A DNA stretch of 64,000 nt from Candidatus Moraniibacteriota bacterium. GTDB taxonomy: Bacteria; Patescibacteriota; Minisyncoccia; Moranbacterales; UBA1568. Positions 31,551 through 42,033 of this stretch are shown here, one piece after another (position 1 is the first letter of the stretch; each line of letters starts with the position of its first letter). A program made the translations under genes and the position numbers. The notes beneath the pieces were generated by a model. That model ran no database searches. It worked only from the letters and a program-made list of their open reading frames with translations, and had not been told where the DNA came from. The stretch covers positions 117,704-181,703 of the forward strand of contig CAVZUR010000003.1 of assembly GCA_963778555.1 (NCBI GenBank), read 5' to 3'.

Positions 31551-32570
31551 CTCAATATCTCAATAATCACAGCCTTGCATGTTGGATGATTGAGTCAAAA
31601 CATTGATTCACTGCCCGATCCGTCCTGAATATGACTCGCGCGACGAGTCATATTTCTTTTCTTCTCTCAGCCGAAAAGCGTGTATAATTGGAAAGGAAAA
31701 GAAAATCATGAAAAAAAATGTCTCAACTTTTGTTTTTGGCACTGCCCTTGTCTTGATACTGCTTTCCTTTGCTGGACTAGCCAAGACTGCTTCTGCTCAA
31801 CAGTATACTCAACAGCAATGCCTTTCCATCTCTGGAGGTTTTGGTGCCTCCGAGGCTAATTGTGTTAGCAACGGGGATGTGAAGCTCGGGGATTATTTGA
31901 ATACCGCCTGCGTGGTAAATGGGGTTTGCTGCGGACCGATTTCAAGTCTTGGAAGAACGCCAAGCGGACCTGGCTGTGTCGCTCAAACTTGTGATCAGAT
32001 TGGAGGGGTGTGCACGACTGGGGCCTGCGGCACTGGCTTTGGTCCTGGACCAGCTGGGGCCTGCACCACTGGTCAATGCTGCATCCCAGGTGGAGGTGGT
32101 TCGTGTGCAAGCCAGGGTGGGACCTGTATGGGTAGCCTGACGCAAACCTGCGCTTCGCTCGGTCGGCAAACAGCCAGCGGGAGCTGCTTCACCCCGGGTC
32201 AGAATTGCTGCGGTGCTGCCATCGTCACCGCTCCCACCCAAGTCACCGGCCCCAACCTGGGGAATTATCAGCTCCTGGAGCAGATTCCCGGCTCGACGAA
32301 TACAGTCGGCAGCCTCAAGACCTATCTCGAGGATATGTATCGCTTCGCGTTCTGGACGGTTGGGATCGCGGTCGTTCTCATGCTCACAGTTGGCGGCTTC
32401 ATGTATATGACGTCGGCAGGCAATACTTCGCGCATGTCGACAGCTAAAACGGTGATCTTCGATGCTATCCTCGGCCTCATTCTCGCACTCATGGCCTGGC
32501 TCTTCTTGTACGTCATCAACCCTGATTTGGTCAATCTCACGTTACCGACGGGGGTGACGGTGACGCCGGG
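31196..32570. repeat. 348-bp identical direct repeat (31196-31543 and 32223-32570) encoding the pilin core
   Basis: Direct comparison, offset 1027 bp. Confidence 0.95.
31628..31654 (+). terminator. Intrinsic terminator between the two pilin genes
   Basis: AATATGACTCG-CGCGA-CGAGTCATATT followed by a T-rich tract. Confidence 0.7.
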
Positions 32571-33183
32571 GGCCGCGACAGGGGTGGGGACGACTCCCGC
32601 GACACCTGCCGCTCCGACGATTACAACCCCTTTTCAATGCGGTCAAAACAGCGGTAATTGCAAGACCGGCAATCCTGCTAATCCCGTCTGCCTCCCGAAT
32701 GAGACCAAGATCGGGACCTGCGACGGGGGAGCAGGTGTGAACAACTGCTGCGCCGCCGCGGGAGTTGTCCCGGCCTGTAACTCGCTCCCCGGAGTCACCT
32801 GCGCGCCATGCGCCAATTGCTCTGTGATAGGCAGTAATATTCCATTCAAACCCTGCGGACTTGCACAGTGCTATCTGAACAGCGCACTGTTAGGAAAAAT
32901 ATCAAATATTACCGGCGTCTCGGGTTGGCGCGTCACTGAATCGTGGCCGCCGACGGTCGCACATATCAGCTTCTGTCATGCCAATGGCACGTGCGCCGAT
33001 ATTAACAATAGCGGCGGGCCAACCGACCCCGCGACCATCAAGACCTATTTTGATGCATTCCGAGCTGCTGGCCTGAATGTATTGTATGAGAATGGGGCGA
33101 GTTGCGCTCCCTACAATGCACTGGGTATAAATTGCGCGAGCTACCCCACCCAGACGAACCTCTCTTCGTTCCATGTTCAGTAG
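31708..33183 (+). CDS. CPR-type pilin with Cys-rich modules and a C-terminal peptidase M15-like domain
   Basis: Same pilin core; WRVTE..H..CHANGTCAD resembles the M15 H-x6-D Zn motif. Confidence 0.75.
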   Translation: MKKNVSTFVFGTALVLILLSFAGLAKTASAQQYTQQQCLSISGGFGASEANCVSNGDVKLGDYLNTACVVNGVCCGPISSLGRTPSGPGCVAQTCDQIGGVCTTGACGTGFGPGPAGACTTGQCCIPGGGGSCASQGGTCMGSLTQTCASLGRQTASGSCFTPGQNCCGAAIVTAPTQVTGPNLGNYQLLEQIPGSTNTVGSLKTYLEDMYRFAFWTVGIAVVLMLTVGGFMYMTSAGNTSRMSTAKTVIFDAILGLILALMAWLFLYVINPDLVNLTLPTGVTVTPGAATGVGTTPATPAAPTITTPFQCGQNSGNCKTGNPANPVCLPNETKIGTCDGGAGVNNCCAAAGVVPACNSLPGVTCAPCANCSVIGSNIPFKPCGLAQCYLNSALLGKISNITGVSGWRVTESWPPTVAHISFCHANGTCADINNSGGPTDPATIKTYFDAFRAAGLNVLYENGASCAPYNALGINCASYPTQTNLSSFHVQ

Positions 33184-33214
33184 GTTTGCTATCTACCGAA
33201 ATTGATAATCTCCC

Positions 33215-34357
33215 ATGAAAAAACTCTTCATCATTTCCGGGTCATTCTTCCTCCTCGTCCTCGCGTTTCTCGCGGTCTATAATTTTGCGTTCAAGAACAA
33301 CACCTCCAATCCAATCGCCGATCCAGAGAAGAAGGCGGCTGCGGAGAAGAAAGACGAGACCGCCGCAGAAACAGTCACGCGCTCGGTCGCCTTTGAACAG
33401 ATTCTCACTGAGAACGTTTTCCAAGCTACCGCAGGGGAAACGGGGATCTTCTACTATTCCAAACGCGACAATCTGCTCAAAGAATCAACCTTCGACGGCA
33501 AACGCACCATACCGAGGACGGGACAGCTCCCTGGCACACCTGCGCGTATCGTCTGGTCGCCCAACTTACTCGGCGCCCTCTTTCTCGTGAAGGAAACCGG
33601 GGGTGATCTTTGGTATTACGCTGATCTCCGCAACCAAGCCATCACCCCGCTCAAAAAAGGCTGGTCTCGCCTCGCCTGGACCAGCCTCAGTGATCGTATC
33701 CTCTACCAATACACTGACCCTGTCACTGGCGACCGGACCATGAATATCGCCTATCCTGATGGTTCAAACTGGACCAAGCTCGCTGATTTAGGCAAAGATG
33801 ACCACTTCATCTCTGTTATCCCCCAATCGAGCCTAATTGCTTTCTGGCCAAAAACTGACGGGGGACGTGAGAGCGCGCTCGAGACCGTCAATATCAACGG
33901 CCAGAACCGCCGTACTGTCCTCGCCGGCCGGTTCGGTGCGGATTTCCTTTGGTCGCCAGACAGCCGGCGTATCCTCGTCCAAAGTATCACAGCTCGTAAT
34001 GGGAATATGCTCGTGCTCGGACTCGTTGACGAAAATGGCATCGGCTACAAGGATCTCCATGCGCCGACTCTCGTCTCAAAAGTCGCCTGGTCAAAGAACA
34101 ACGATACTTTCTATTATTCACTCCCGGGGGCTTTTCCATCCGACGTCATACTGCCCAACGATTATTTCGGCAAGCCAGCGTACAGCAAGGATACCTTCTG
34201 GAAAATGAACGTGCGGACCGGCAAGAAAGAGCGGCTCGTACCGCTCGGCGACATGCAGATGGCTTTCGATGCGACGGACGTATTCCTCTCTCCGACCGAG
34301 ACTGATCTCTACTTCGTCGATCGGACCACTGAAAAGCTCTACCGTATCACGCTCTGA
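33215..34357 (+). CDS. Membrane-anchored beta-propeller (TolB/WD40-like) protein
   Basis: N-terminal TM; repeated WSP/WT/WS blades. Confidence 0.75.
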   Translation: MKKLFIISGSFFLLVLAFLAVYNFAFKNNTSNPIADPEKKAAAEKKDETAAETVTRSVAFEQILTENVFQATAGETGIFYYSKRDNLLKESTFDGKRTIPRTGQLPGTPARIVWSPNLLGALFLVKETGGDLWYYADLRNQAITPLKKGWSRLAWTSLSDRILYQYTDPVTGDRTMNIAYPDGSNWTKLADLGKDDHFISVIPQSSLIAFWPKTDGGRESALETVNINGQNRRTVLAGRFGADFLWSPDSRRILVQSITARNGNMLVLGLVDENGIGYKDLHAPTLVSKVAWSKNNDTFYYSLPGAFPSDVILPNDYFGKPAYSKDTFWKMNVRTGKKERLVPLGDMQMAFDATDVFLSPTETDLYFVDRTTEKLYRITL

Positions 34358-35618
34358 TCCGAAGTGCGGCTACACACAGCCCCAGACAGCCCCAGACGGC
34401 CAGCGCAAGGTCGTTTTTCATATACGGCGTATCAACCAGTCCCGAGACCAGGTAGAGTACTAGAAGCGCGCAGGCAAGCGTACTGAGGCCGCTGGACGCT
34501 TCTGGCGCCTCTACAGTCAACGCTCTCATCTGAGGATGCCGAAAGACATACGTCAGTACACCCAAGAAACCAATCAATGTAAGCACTCCACCCTCGAGGA
34601 GCAGGGTCAGGTAGAGATTGTGCGGCGTCGGCACCGCCCATTCGAGGTAGGGCTGGTAGAGAGGTTGATAACCCAGATAGACTTCCTGGAACCGCCCTGG
34701 CCCGATGCCCCATGGGAAACTCTCGGTGACCGCCCTCCCTGCGACACGCCAGATTATGAGACGCGACGCGAGAGACGTACGGCTATCGCCCGAAATAAGA
34801 CTCTGCCATTTCTGAGACTCTTGCTCTTGGAAAATTCCAATTCCTCCCAGACAGAGCAATAGTCCGAGAATAAGGACGAACTGACGACGCTTGGTTCGCC
34901 ACTGCATCCAGGCCAGCGAGAGGAGTCCGACCATAACCCCTAGCCAGGTGCTGTACGAATGCGTCAGGTACAGTACCACGACAATCAGGCTGCCGGACAA
35001 GGCGGTCAGCACACGGATGAGAATCGATCGATACGAACTAAAGAAGAAAATCGATAGCGGCACTCCCGGGGCTAAGAGCAGCGCAAGATAATTCGCTGAC
35101 TGATAGGGGCCGGCGAGTCGGCCATCATAGAGGAACCAGCCGAAGGAAGCCGCTGTTAAACTCGCACCCGCAGCAGCTGAAAGACCAAGAAGCCACGCTC
35201 CAAAGAGCCACACGAGCCGCTCACGCGTCGCTCCCCAGAAGATGATGAGGAGACTGAAGAATCCGGGGATGAAATAGAAACTTTTTATTTTCCCAAGGCC
35301 GGAAGGCACATGCGGATTGGTAAAATACGACAGTACAACTCCCGCAATGAAGAGTCCGAGCCACACGAAAAATATTCGCTCTGTGATCAGAATTTCACGG
35401 AAACGGAGAGTGGTCGACAGACTGCCTCATGGCAACGACGAGTACCCCGCCACGATGAGAACCACTGTCTCACCAAGATAGAGTGGCAGTCCGAACAGGG
35501 AGATAGGTGAGCAATTGGGAGGAACAGAAACACTGCTGCGAGCAACGCGAGAATCGGGTCCGAAAAAGCTGTCCGGACACGGTCTACGAGAGGGAAGGGT
35601 GAAGTTTTCTCTCGCCAT
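34347..35618 (-). CDS. O-antigen ligase family protein (frameshifted 5' part)
   Basis: GPYQSANYL, RLIIW, GIGPGRF and PHNLYL. Confidence 0.85.
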
Positions 35619-35641
35619 ATAACTCTATTCTATCAGGCGGC

Positions 35642-36915
35642 TCAGCCGTTTTGCGTCGCCTGAGGTCCGTCCACCTCTGCGAGTGCGAGGCACAAGACCA
35701 GAAGCAACATACTGTATGTAGAGAAAAGCGCAGTTTCAAAAAACGAATGCACGAGATACAAAACGAGAGCAGCTAATACAGCTGGTGCGAGTGCCCAGCG
35801 CTGACTCGCTCGAATCAGTCGCCTCAGGGCATGGAACAACATGCCCAAGAAAAAAACCAGGCCTATGAAGCCGAGTTCGACTGTCACATCCAGATAGAGG
35901 TTATGCGCATAAAACGGTGTCTCCGGCGAAGCGATCGGCCGGACAGAGCGTCAAATAATTGCCGATCCCAGTGCCAAATACGGGCGTTTGAGCAATGGTG
36001 TGAAACGCCTCGCGCCAGAGGGTGATCCGCTCGATACTTGAAGCGTCTCTGAGGGAGAAGCTGGTGAGAAAACGGGACAGGATCGGTCCGCCCGCGATGA
36101 GGAGAAGGAGGAAGCTCCTCCCAACACCGGCCCAATCGATGTTTTCCGCTCATAGAAAGAGTTGGCCACACCAGCCACAGTATAGAGCCCTGTCGCCGCC
36201 ACAAGTCCGACATATCCCCCCCGGGAGAAAGTAAGAATATCCACGAGAAAAAGCAGTGCGGCGATCCAGAGATAGCGAGACTGACGAGATACCCCCGCGA
36301 GGCCGAGTGCCAAGAATCCGCTCATACCGAAGAAATATGCCGCCACATGCGGGTCAGGAAAAAGCGCTGATGCGCGCAGTATCGTCACGCCGTCGATATT
36401 CACCAGTAGGCTTGGGTACGCGGCGACCATACTTCCCGAGTTCGCGACCGAGGAAAAACGGGAGCAGGCGATCAATGAGAACATGGAACGTCACACCGAC
36501 TCCCCAGACGAACTGGGAAAGGAACAGAATAAGCGCGACAGCCGCAGCAGCGGCGGCGCCCCAGACAAGCGCTGAAACCAGCATAGCCTGAGTCTGAATC
36601 TCACGCTCGAAACAGATCATTCCAGACAAGGATGAGTGGAAAGAAATTGATAAGGAAAACGATCTTGGGAAGCGCCGCTCCAACCGGGACGCCCAGAGCA
36701 GAGAGCCGGCGGCCACCACTAGGAATGAAGTCCAGAGGCCGACGAATACCAGGCGGGGCAACAGCCAGACCGGCGTGAAAAAACGGTGATTAGAAAAGCG
36801 ATAAGGTAAGCACCGCCACGAATCGCGAAAGTGGGATATCCCAGCGACCCAGGAATGGAAGGGTGAACTGAAAGGGAAGCGTGATGAGGAGGAGAGCGGA
36901 GAGATGATATACCAT
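35642..36915 (-). CDS. O-antigen ligase family protein broken by multiple frameshifts
   Basis: RASALFPDPH, TFSRGG, ELGFIG and HSFFET fragments lie in different frames. Confidence 0.75.
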
Positions 36916-36921
36916 ATGGCT

Positions 36922-37713
36922 TCAGAAGATGGATCGGAGTTTGTTTCCGAGGACCAGGCAGGCGGTCTCATAGGCTGGCTGCCATTTTTGAAAGTATTGT
37001 CTTTGGCCGGCTCGATAGGCCAGTTTTTTTCCTTTTTGTCATATGGCTTTGACCGCCCAGATGTTGGAGGACCACGAAGGGATACACCCCAATCCAACCC
37101 TCTGCCAAAGTCGCCCGCCGACAAAAATCAACGTCTTCAAAGTAGAGGAAAAAATCCTCATCGAAACCTCCCAGTGCCTGGAAAAACTCCCGCCGAATCG
37201 CTAAGGCCGCGCCGGATACCCACTCTGTCTTTGTCACCTGCGTCGCGCACCACGGATGAGACAGCCAGAGGGGAAAAGATTTGTGCGGACAAGCTGAGCG
37301 AGGCTTGGAAATCGGCCGGCGCTCCACACTTCCCGCCTTCCCGCTTCTTGCTCAAGCGCCATGCCGTACACTGCTTTCGGTCGAAAACGGAAGGCTTCAA
37401 GCAATCCGAGAAAATTACCCTGAACGAATCGGGTGTCAGGATTGATAAAAAGAAGAATCTTCCCAGAAGCAAGTTTCGCCCCAATATTATTGGCAGCGCC
37501 AAAGCCAAGATTCTGTTCGGTGTGAACCACCTGGGTCTGGGGAAAATCAACGATACTTCGTTCGACTTCCGCCCGCTCACGCTCATCATTATTGACCACG
37601 ATATGCTCAGCCAAAAGAGAGTCTCCCAGCGACTGTTGAAGGCTCAGTAGTGCCGCTTTAAGCAGCACTACGCTGTGATAATTCACGAATATGAAAGAGA
37701 TATCAGGTTTCAT
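36922..37713 (-). CDS. GT2 glycosyltransferase (WbbL-like), frameshifted
   Basis: NLGFGAANN and FINPD, then WVSGAAL..GGFDEDFFLYFEDVD in another frame. Confidence 0.85.
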
Positions 37714-38561
37714 ACAGAGGCATCAGTATACGCCCGTTTCACCTCCTTTGCTATTTGATTGTCAGTCCACCACATGTCAAGTCGATTCTTGAATTTTCGT
37801 AGTGTGAGATAGAGCGGTGCCCAATACCTCCAGATTCCACGACTCTCTCGTAGGAAGAATTCTGTTCCAGAACGGACGAGCCAATAGGTCTTTTCTGGGC
37901 TCGCCTCGCTTTGCTCAACATGATGGACAATCGACTTCGGCACGACCCAGAGAGGAAAGTTGTTACGCATTGCTCGGAATGAATACTCCGCATCCTCATA
38001 GTAGAGAAAATACCGCTCATCTAATTGGCCCAGGACCTCGAGCGCCTCGGCTGGAATAAAAAGCGCGCAACCCGTTAGAAAGCCTGTTTGAAAGGGAGCT
38101 CCTGAGACCGATTTCTGATCATGGAGCGTTCGCATCCGTGCAAAATCTATCCTACCGCCCGAAAACCATATTTTTCGTTCCGGTTCAGAATAAATGACAG
38201 GGGAAAACAGCGCCTGAGACCCCAGCTCGAGACAGGCGCGCTTCAGTTCGGAAAGCGCTTCGGGATCAGCGACCACGTCATTATTCACAATCCAATAGGC
38301 ATCAAATCCGCCTGCGGCTTGCATCTGACGGAGGCCAGAATTCATGCCAGCCGCAAAGCCATGGTTCATGCCCAGAGTTATCGTCTCAATCAACGGGAAA
38401 AGCTCCTTCATCCGCTCCAACAAAGGCTGCTCGGATCCGTTATCTACTACCAGGATGCGATCTCCGAGACTCAGTGTACGAGTGAGGGAAGTGAGGCAGG
38501 GTTGAATCACGTTTTCGCCTCGATAATTTAAAACGATGACAGCAACACGCAAAGTAGCCAT
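37710..38561 (-). CDS. GT2 glycosyltransferase
   Basis: VVDNGS, NHGFAAGMN, NND and YYEDAE. Confidence 0.92.
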   Translation of the reverse strand: MATLRVAVIVLNYRGENVIQPCLTSLTRTLSLGDRILVVDNGSEQPLLERMKELFPLIETITLGMNHGFAAGMNSGLRQMQAAGGFDAYWIVNNDVVADPEALSELKRACLELGSQALFSPVIYSEPERKIWFSGGRIDFARMRTLHDQKSVSGAPFQTGFLTGCALFIPAEALEVLGQLDERYFLYYEDAEYSFRAMRNNFPLWVVPKSIVHHVEQSEASPEKTYWLVRSGTEFFLRESRGIWRYWAPLYLTLRKFKNRLDMWWTDNQIAKEVKRAYTDASV

Positions 38562-38564
38562 ATC

Positions 38565-40022
38565 TTAGGCTGAGAGCGGCTCGAATGAGTCTTCCTTTGG
38601 ATCCTCGCTGGAGTTGAAAATGCTCGCAACTTCCTTTGAAGTCACAGCTCGAGTCAGCCATAAAAGGCTAACGTACGATACTCCTCCGAGGAACAACGAG
38701 ACGAGAAAAGACAAGTGGACAGAAAGCGTGAGGACCACCGCCATGACTCCTGCTGAAAGAAAAATACGCACGAGCCGGTCTGGCTTCGGGAAAAATCCAA
38801 GAGTGCGGAAAGCGATAAGACCCGAAACGATCACTACCACAGCCTCAGTTACGGCGGACGAAACAGCCGCACCAAAATAGGAGTACTCTCGAATGAGAAG
38901 GATGTTCATGACGACATTCATCAAGGCTATGATCGCGAGCGCCTTCAAGAGTTTTTTCTGGGCATTCCCGACGAGAATGAGCATATTGAAGTAGTGGCCA
39001 AAGAAGATGCCCGCCAATGAGAATATAAGGACGCGCAGCACATTAGCTGAGACCTCGAATCCTGAACCACTGACGATGGCGACAATGTCGGGAGCTAGAA
39101 AGAGCGTCCCGATAACGATGGGGAGGACGATGGCTATAAAGACTTTAGCGGTTTTGTCAGCGATACCGCGGAATTCTCGCTGGTCTGTCTGATGAGCACG
39201 TGCTAGCAAGGGAAGGATGAGCCCGACCAGCATCGCTGGAAAAAAGATGAGATTCTCCATAATTTTGTAGGCGACATTATAGATACCCACATGCGCTGCC
39301 GGCTGGAGAAGCGAAAGTATAATCGTATCTAATTTGAAGTACGCGAAGGTGATAATAGCCGTGAGGCCTAGCGGCCAAGCATCACGCATAAAGGACTTCC
39401 AGAAGGAGACATCCCAAGTAAAGTGGAATCGGACCAGTTTCCAGGACAGGAACAGCGCCACGCACGCATTGAAAAACATCGTCGCAAGGACCGCCGCGAT
39501 GATTGCAAGAAAGCCGAGATCAAATTTGACCGCCAGATAGACAAGGCAGAATTGAAGGATTTTCCCTGCAAACTCCACCATCGCCACCCGATCCATTGCC
39601 AGCCGTTTTTGGAAGATTCCGTTGAGCAGTGTGCTGAACTGCGCGAATAGGAGTGCTATGGTCACGATTACAATGCCTCCTTTGACATGCGGGACGTAAT
39701 GGAGCAGTCCGAGAAGAATCGGTGCTCCGATAATAATCGCTAGGCTTGAAATAATTCGGAGCGTCGCCACTTTTCCGAGAAAGGACTCTTCGTCAACGGT
39801 CGGCTTGGCGATCTCCCGGGCGGTAATCGTCGCGAGTCCGAGGTCGCCAATAGCCCCGAAGAAAGCAAAGAAGGCGAGAACGGTTGCATACTCACCAAAA
39901 CCCTGTTGGCCGAGATAGCCAGTGATGAGACGGATGGAGAGAAGTGCGATGAAAACAGTCGACGTCACTTTGAGCGCCGAGTTAAATACGACGTTGTAGG
40001 CGATTCTTCGCGCGAGAGCCAT
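38565..40022 (-). CDS. Wzx-type polysaccharide flippase
   Basis: Many TM helices; YFKLDTIIL..VGIYNVAYK. Confidence 0.92.
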   Translation of the reverse strand: MALARRIAYNVVFNSALKVTSTVFIALLSIRLITGYLGQQGFGEYATVLAFFAFFGAIGDLGLATITAREIAKPTVDEESFLGKVATLRIISSLAIIIGAPILLGLLHYVPHVKGGIVIVTIALLFAQFSTLLNGIFQKRLAMDRVAMVEFAGKILQFCLVYLAVKFDLGFLAIIAAVLATMFFNACVALFLSWKLVRFHFTWDVSFWKSFMRDAWPLGLTAIITFAYFKLDTIILSLLQPAAHVGIYNVAYKIMENLIFFPAMLVGLILPLLARAHQTDQREFRGIADKTAKVFIAIVLPIVIGTLFLAPDIVAIVSGSGFEVSANVLRVLIFSLAGIFFGHYFNMLILVGNAQKKLLKALAIIALMNVVMNILLIREYSYFGAAVSSAVTEAVVVIVSGLIAFRTLGFFPKPDRLVRIFLSAGVMAVVLTLSVHLSFLVSLFLGGVSYVSLLWLTRAVTSKEVASIFNSSEDPKEDSFEPLSA

Positions 40023-40033
40023 GGAGGAAACGC

Positions 40034-40531
40034 TTAAAGGGCCTTCTCTTCTACTGTGTCTGGTTTGAGTTTTATGAGCACTTTCCGCTCTTCGCCAGCA
40101 CCAACACTCTCCGTCATGACTGCGGGATGGGAAGCGAGAAGATGATGAATCATTTTCCTCTCGAACGAAAGCATAGGCCGGAGTGTCGCTGGGAGGCCAG
40201 TCGCTTCCACTTCTTTTGCTACCAACAGAGCCTCGCGCTCCAAAAAAGAGCGCTTCTCTTCAAAGTAATGATTTACATCCAGGCTGATTATCGCGTCTTT
40301 TGGCGCCGTTTGGCGAGCGATCAGCTTCACAAGATGGAGGAGCGCCCCCACATTGCCGCCGTGCTGGCCGATAAGCAGATTCTGCCCATCCTGGAGGATG
40401 ATCTCACAGTGATACCGCACTTGGCCATGTTCCGCCATCTCCTCTCCTGTCTTGACCTCCGCCACGAAACCGAGGCGCTGCAACAAGTCCTTAACTGTTA
40501 TGGTGAGGTATTGACGAAATGGTTGTTCCAT
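40034..40531 (-). CDS. Jag/EloR-like KH + R3H RNA-binding protein
   Basis: LIGQHG (KH) and ERKMIH (R3H); located downstream of yidC. Confidence 0.88.
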   Translation of the reverse strand: MEQPFRQYLTITVKDLLQRLGFVAEVKTGEEMAEHGQVRYHCEIILQDGQNLLIGQHGGNVGALLHLVKLIARQTAPKDAIISLDVNHYFEEKRSFLEREALLVAKEVEATGLPATLRPMLSFERKMIHHLLASHPAVMTESVGAGEERKVLIKLKPDTVEEKAL

Positions 40532-40537
40532 GATACT

Positions 40538-41302
40538 TTATGCCTTTGTTACAGGGGGGACTGCTGTTTTTTGATGAGAAAAGATCCATTTCTGTTGGAG
40601 CCACGCCAAGAGTGTTGAAACGAACCAATACAGGGAGAGTGCAGCGGGAAACTGAAAACTAAAGAAGAACACCATCGCCGGGCCTAGATAAAGCATCTGC
40701 TTTCCCATTATAGCAGCCATATCCGGCATATCACCGCTCGCCTTCTCGCCCTTTTTACGAGTGCTTATTGCGCTTGCTTGCGGAAGAATCATTTTTGTTT
40801 GGAAGTACTGTGCGAGGGCTCCGAGTGCGCCGAGAACTGGGCTCGCTTTCACCATGTCTAGGAAACCGAAGGCGAGGTGCTTAATCTCTCCAGGATTTGG
40901 AACAAATGAGTAAATATCGGCACTTTTCACAACCAAGCCATTCTCGCTGATATTGATTATGACCCGATAAAAAGTGATGAAAAACACGAGTTGAATAAGA
41001 AGGGGGAGACAACCAGCGAAAGGGTTGACCTTATTTTCCTTATAACAAGCCATTATCGCCTTAGTCTGCTCACCCTTATCTGATTTATATTTTTCTTGGA
41101 TCGCCTTGAGCTTTGGCTGTATATCCTGCATCCGTTTCTGCTGCTCAATTTGCATCCGAGAAAGCGAGAAAAAAGCGGTTTTAATGAGGATGGTAGTCAG
41201 GATGATCGCCAAGCCGAAATCTTGGACTGGGAGGCTAGAATAGAAAAAAATAACGGCATTATAGAGCGGTTGGTAAATGAGGGTGTGGAAAATCTCGACC
41301 AT
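40538..41302 (-). CDS. yidC: Membrane protein insertase YidC
   Basis: GCLPLLIQ and ALSLYW; gene context. Confidence 0.95.
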   Translation of the reverse strand: MVEIFHTLIYQPLYNAVIFFYSSLPVQDFGLAIILTTILIKTAFFSLSRMQIEQQKRMQDIQPKLKAIQEKYKSDKGEQTKAIMACYKENKVNPFAGCLPLLIQLVFFITFYRVIINISENGLVVKSADIYSFVPNPGEIKHLAFGFLDMVKASPVLGALGALAQYFQTKMILPQASAISTRKKGEKASGDMPDMAAIMGKQMLYLGPAMVFFFSFQFPAALSLYWFVSTLLAWLQQKWIFSHQKTAVPPVTKA

Positions 41303-41304
41303 AG

Positions 41305-41652
41305 TTATTTTTTCGCTTTAATAAGCCTTTCAACAAGTTCAGCAAGTACTTTTTTTAGATATGGATACTCCACAGGCCCAGGATGGGGCTTATGAAAAAG
41401 AATCACGATATCAGTGTTTTTAGGCAATAATGGTGCAATTTCCCCCATTATCGCACTTCCTTTCCTCTTCAGGAAATTCCGAGTGACAGCCCGGGGAAAG
41501 ACCTTCTGTTTAAAAGCAAAGCCGACACGCGTGCCCGATGGTGCCCCGGGACGAGAAAAAAGGCTGATTTCTGATCCAGAGATAACTTTTCGAGCCCGGA
41601 AGACCGCTTCAAACCCCTCCCTTCCTTGCAAACGGAGGTGTTTCGGAAGCAT
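41305..41652 (-). CDS. rnpA: Ribonuclease P protein component
   Basis: MLPKHLRL..RVGF..AVTRNFLKR. Confidence 0.9.
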   Translation of the reverse strand: MLPKHLRLQGREGFEAVFRARKVISGSEISLFSRPGAPSGTRVGFAFKQKVFPRAVTRNFLKRKGSAIMGEIAPLLPKNTDIVILFHKPHPGPVEYPYLKKVLAELVERLIKAKK

Positions 41653-41655
41653 AGG

Positions 41656-41796
41656 TTAGACGGAGAGCTTCTTCCTCCCTTGCCGGCGGCGGCGAGTAAT
41701 GACTGCTTGGCCGCCTTTTTCGCTCATCCGTTTTAGAAAACCGTGACGACGGGCACGACGGCGCTTTTTTGGCTGATAGGTGCGTTTTGTGGCCAT
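41656..41796 (-). CDS. rpmH: 50S ribosomal protein L34 (not in the ORF track)
   Basis: [24 protein letters not shown]...GRKKLSV. Confidence 0.97.
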   Translation of the reverse strand: MATKRTYQPKKRRRARRHGFLKRMSEKGGQAVITRRRRQGRKKLSV

Positions 41797-41879
41797 AGGT
41801 TATAAGAAATACATGTAGTCCAATTTTATTTTAAACAAAGGGAAAAGTCAACCTGGCCGGGGTCAATGCACCACCTTTC

Positions 41880-41980
41880 CCTCATTTTTTACCCACTTCT
41901 AAATTAAGTCAGCGACTTTTCTCCCTCCTTATTTTTTCGGCCATTTATACACTGATTCTCCACATATTATGCACTCTTCA
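41880..41980. promoter_or_regulatory. DnaA-box-like array upstream of dnaA
   Basis: TTATACACT (41945), TTCTCCACA (41956) and TTATGCACT (41967) at 11-bp spacing. Confidence 0.6.
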
Positions 41981-42033
41981 TTCTCGATGAAGTTGGCGGC
42001 ACATGGTACAATCAGATTTACTTGCTTTGCGCT

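Noticed and set aside
31196-32570. Repeat pair read as a DGR template/variable region
   Set aside because: The copies are identical with no adenine-specific mismatches, and there is no reverse transcriptase in the window.
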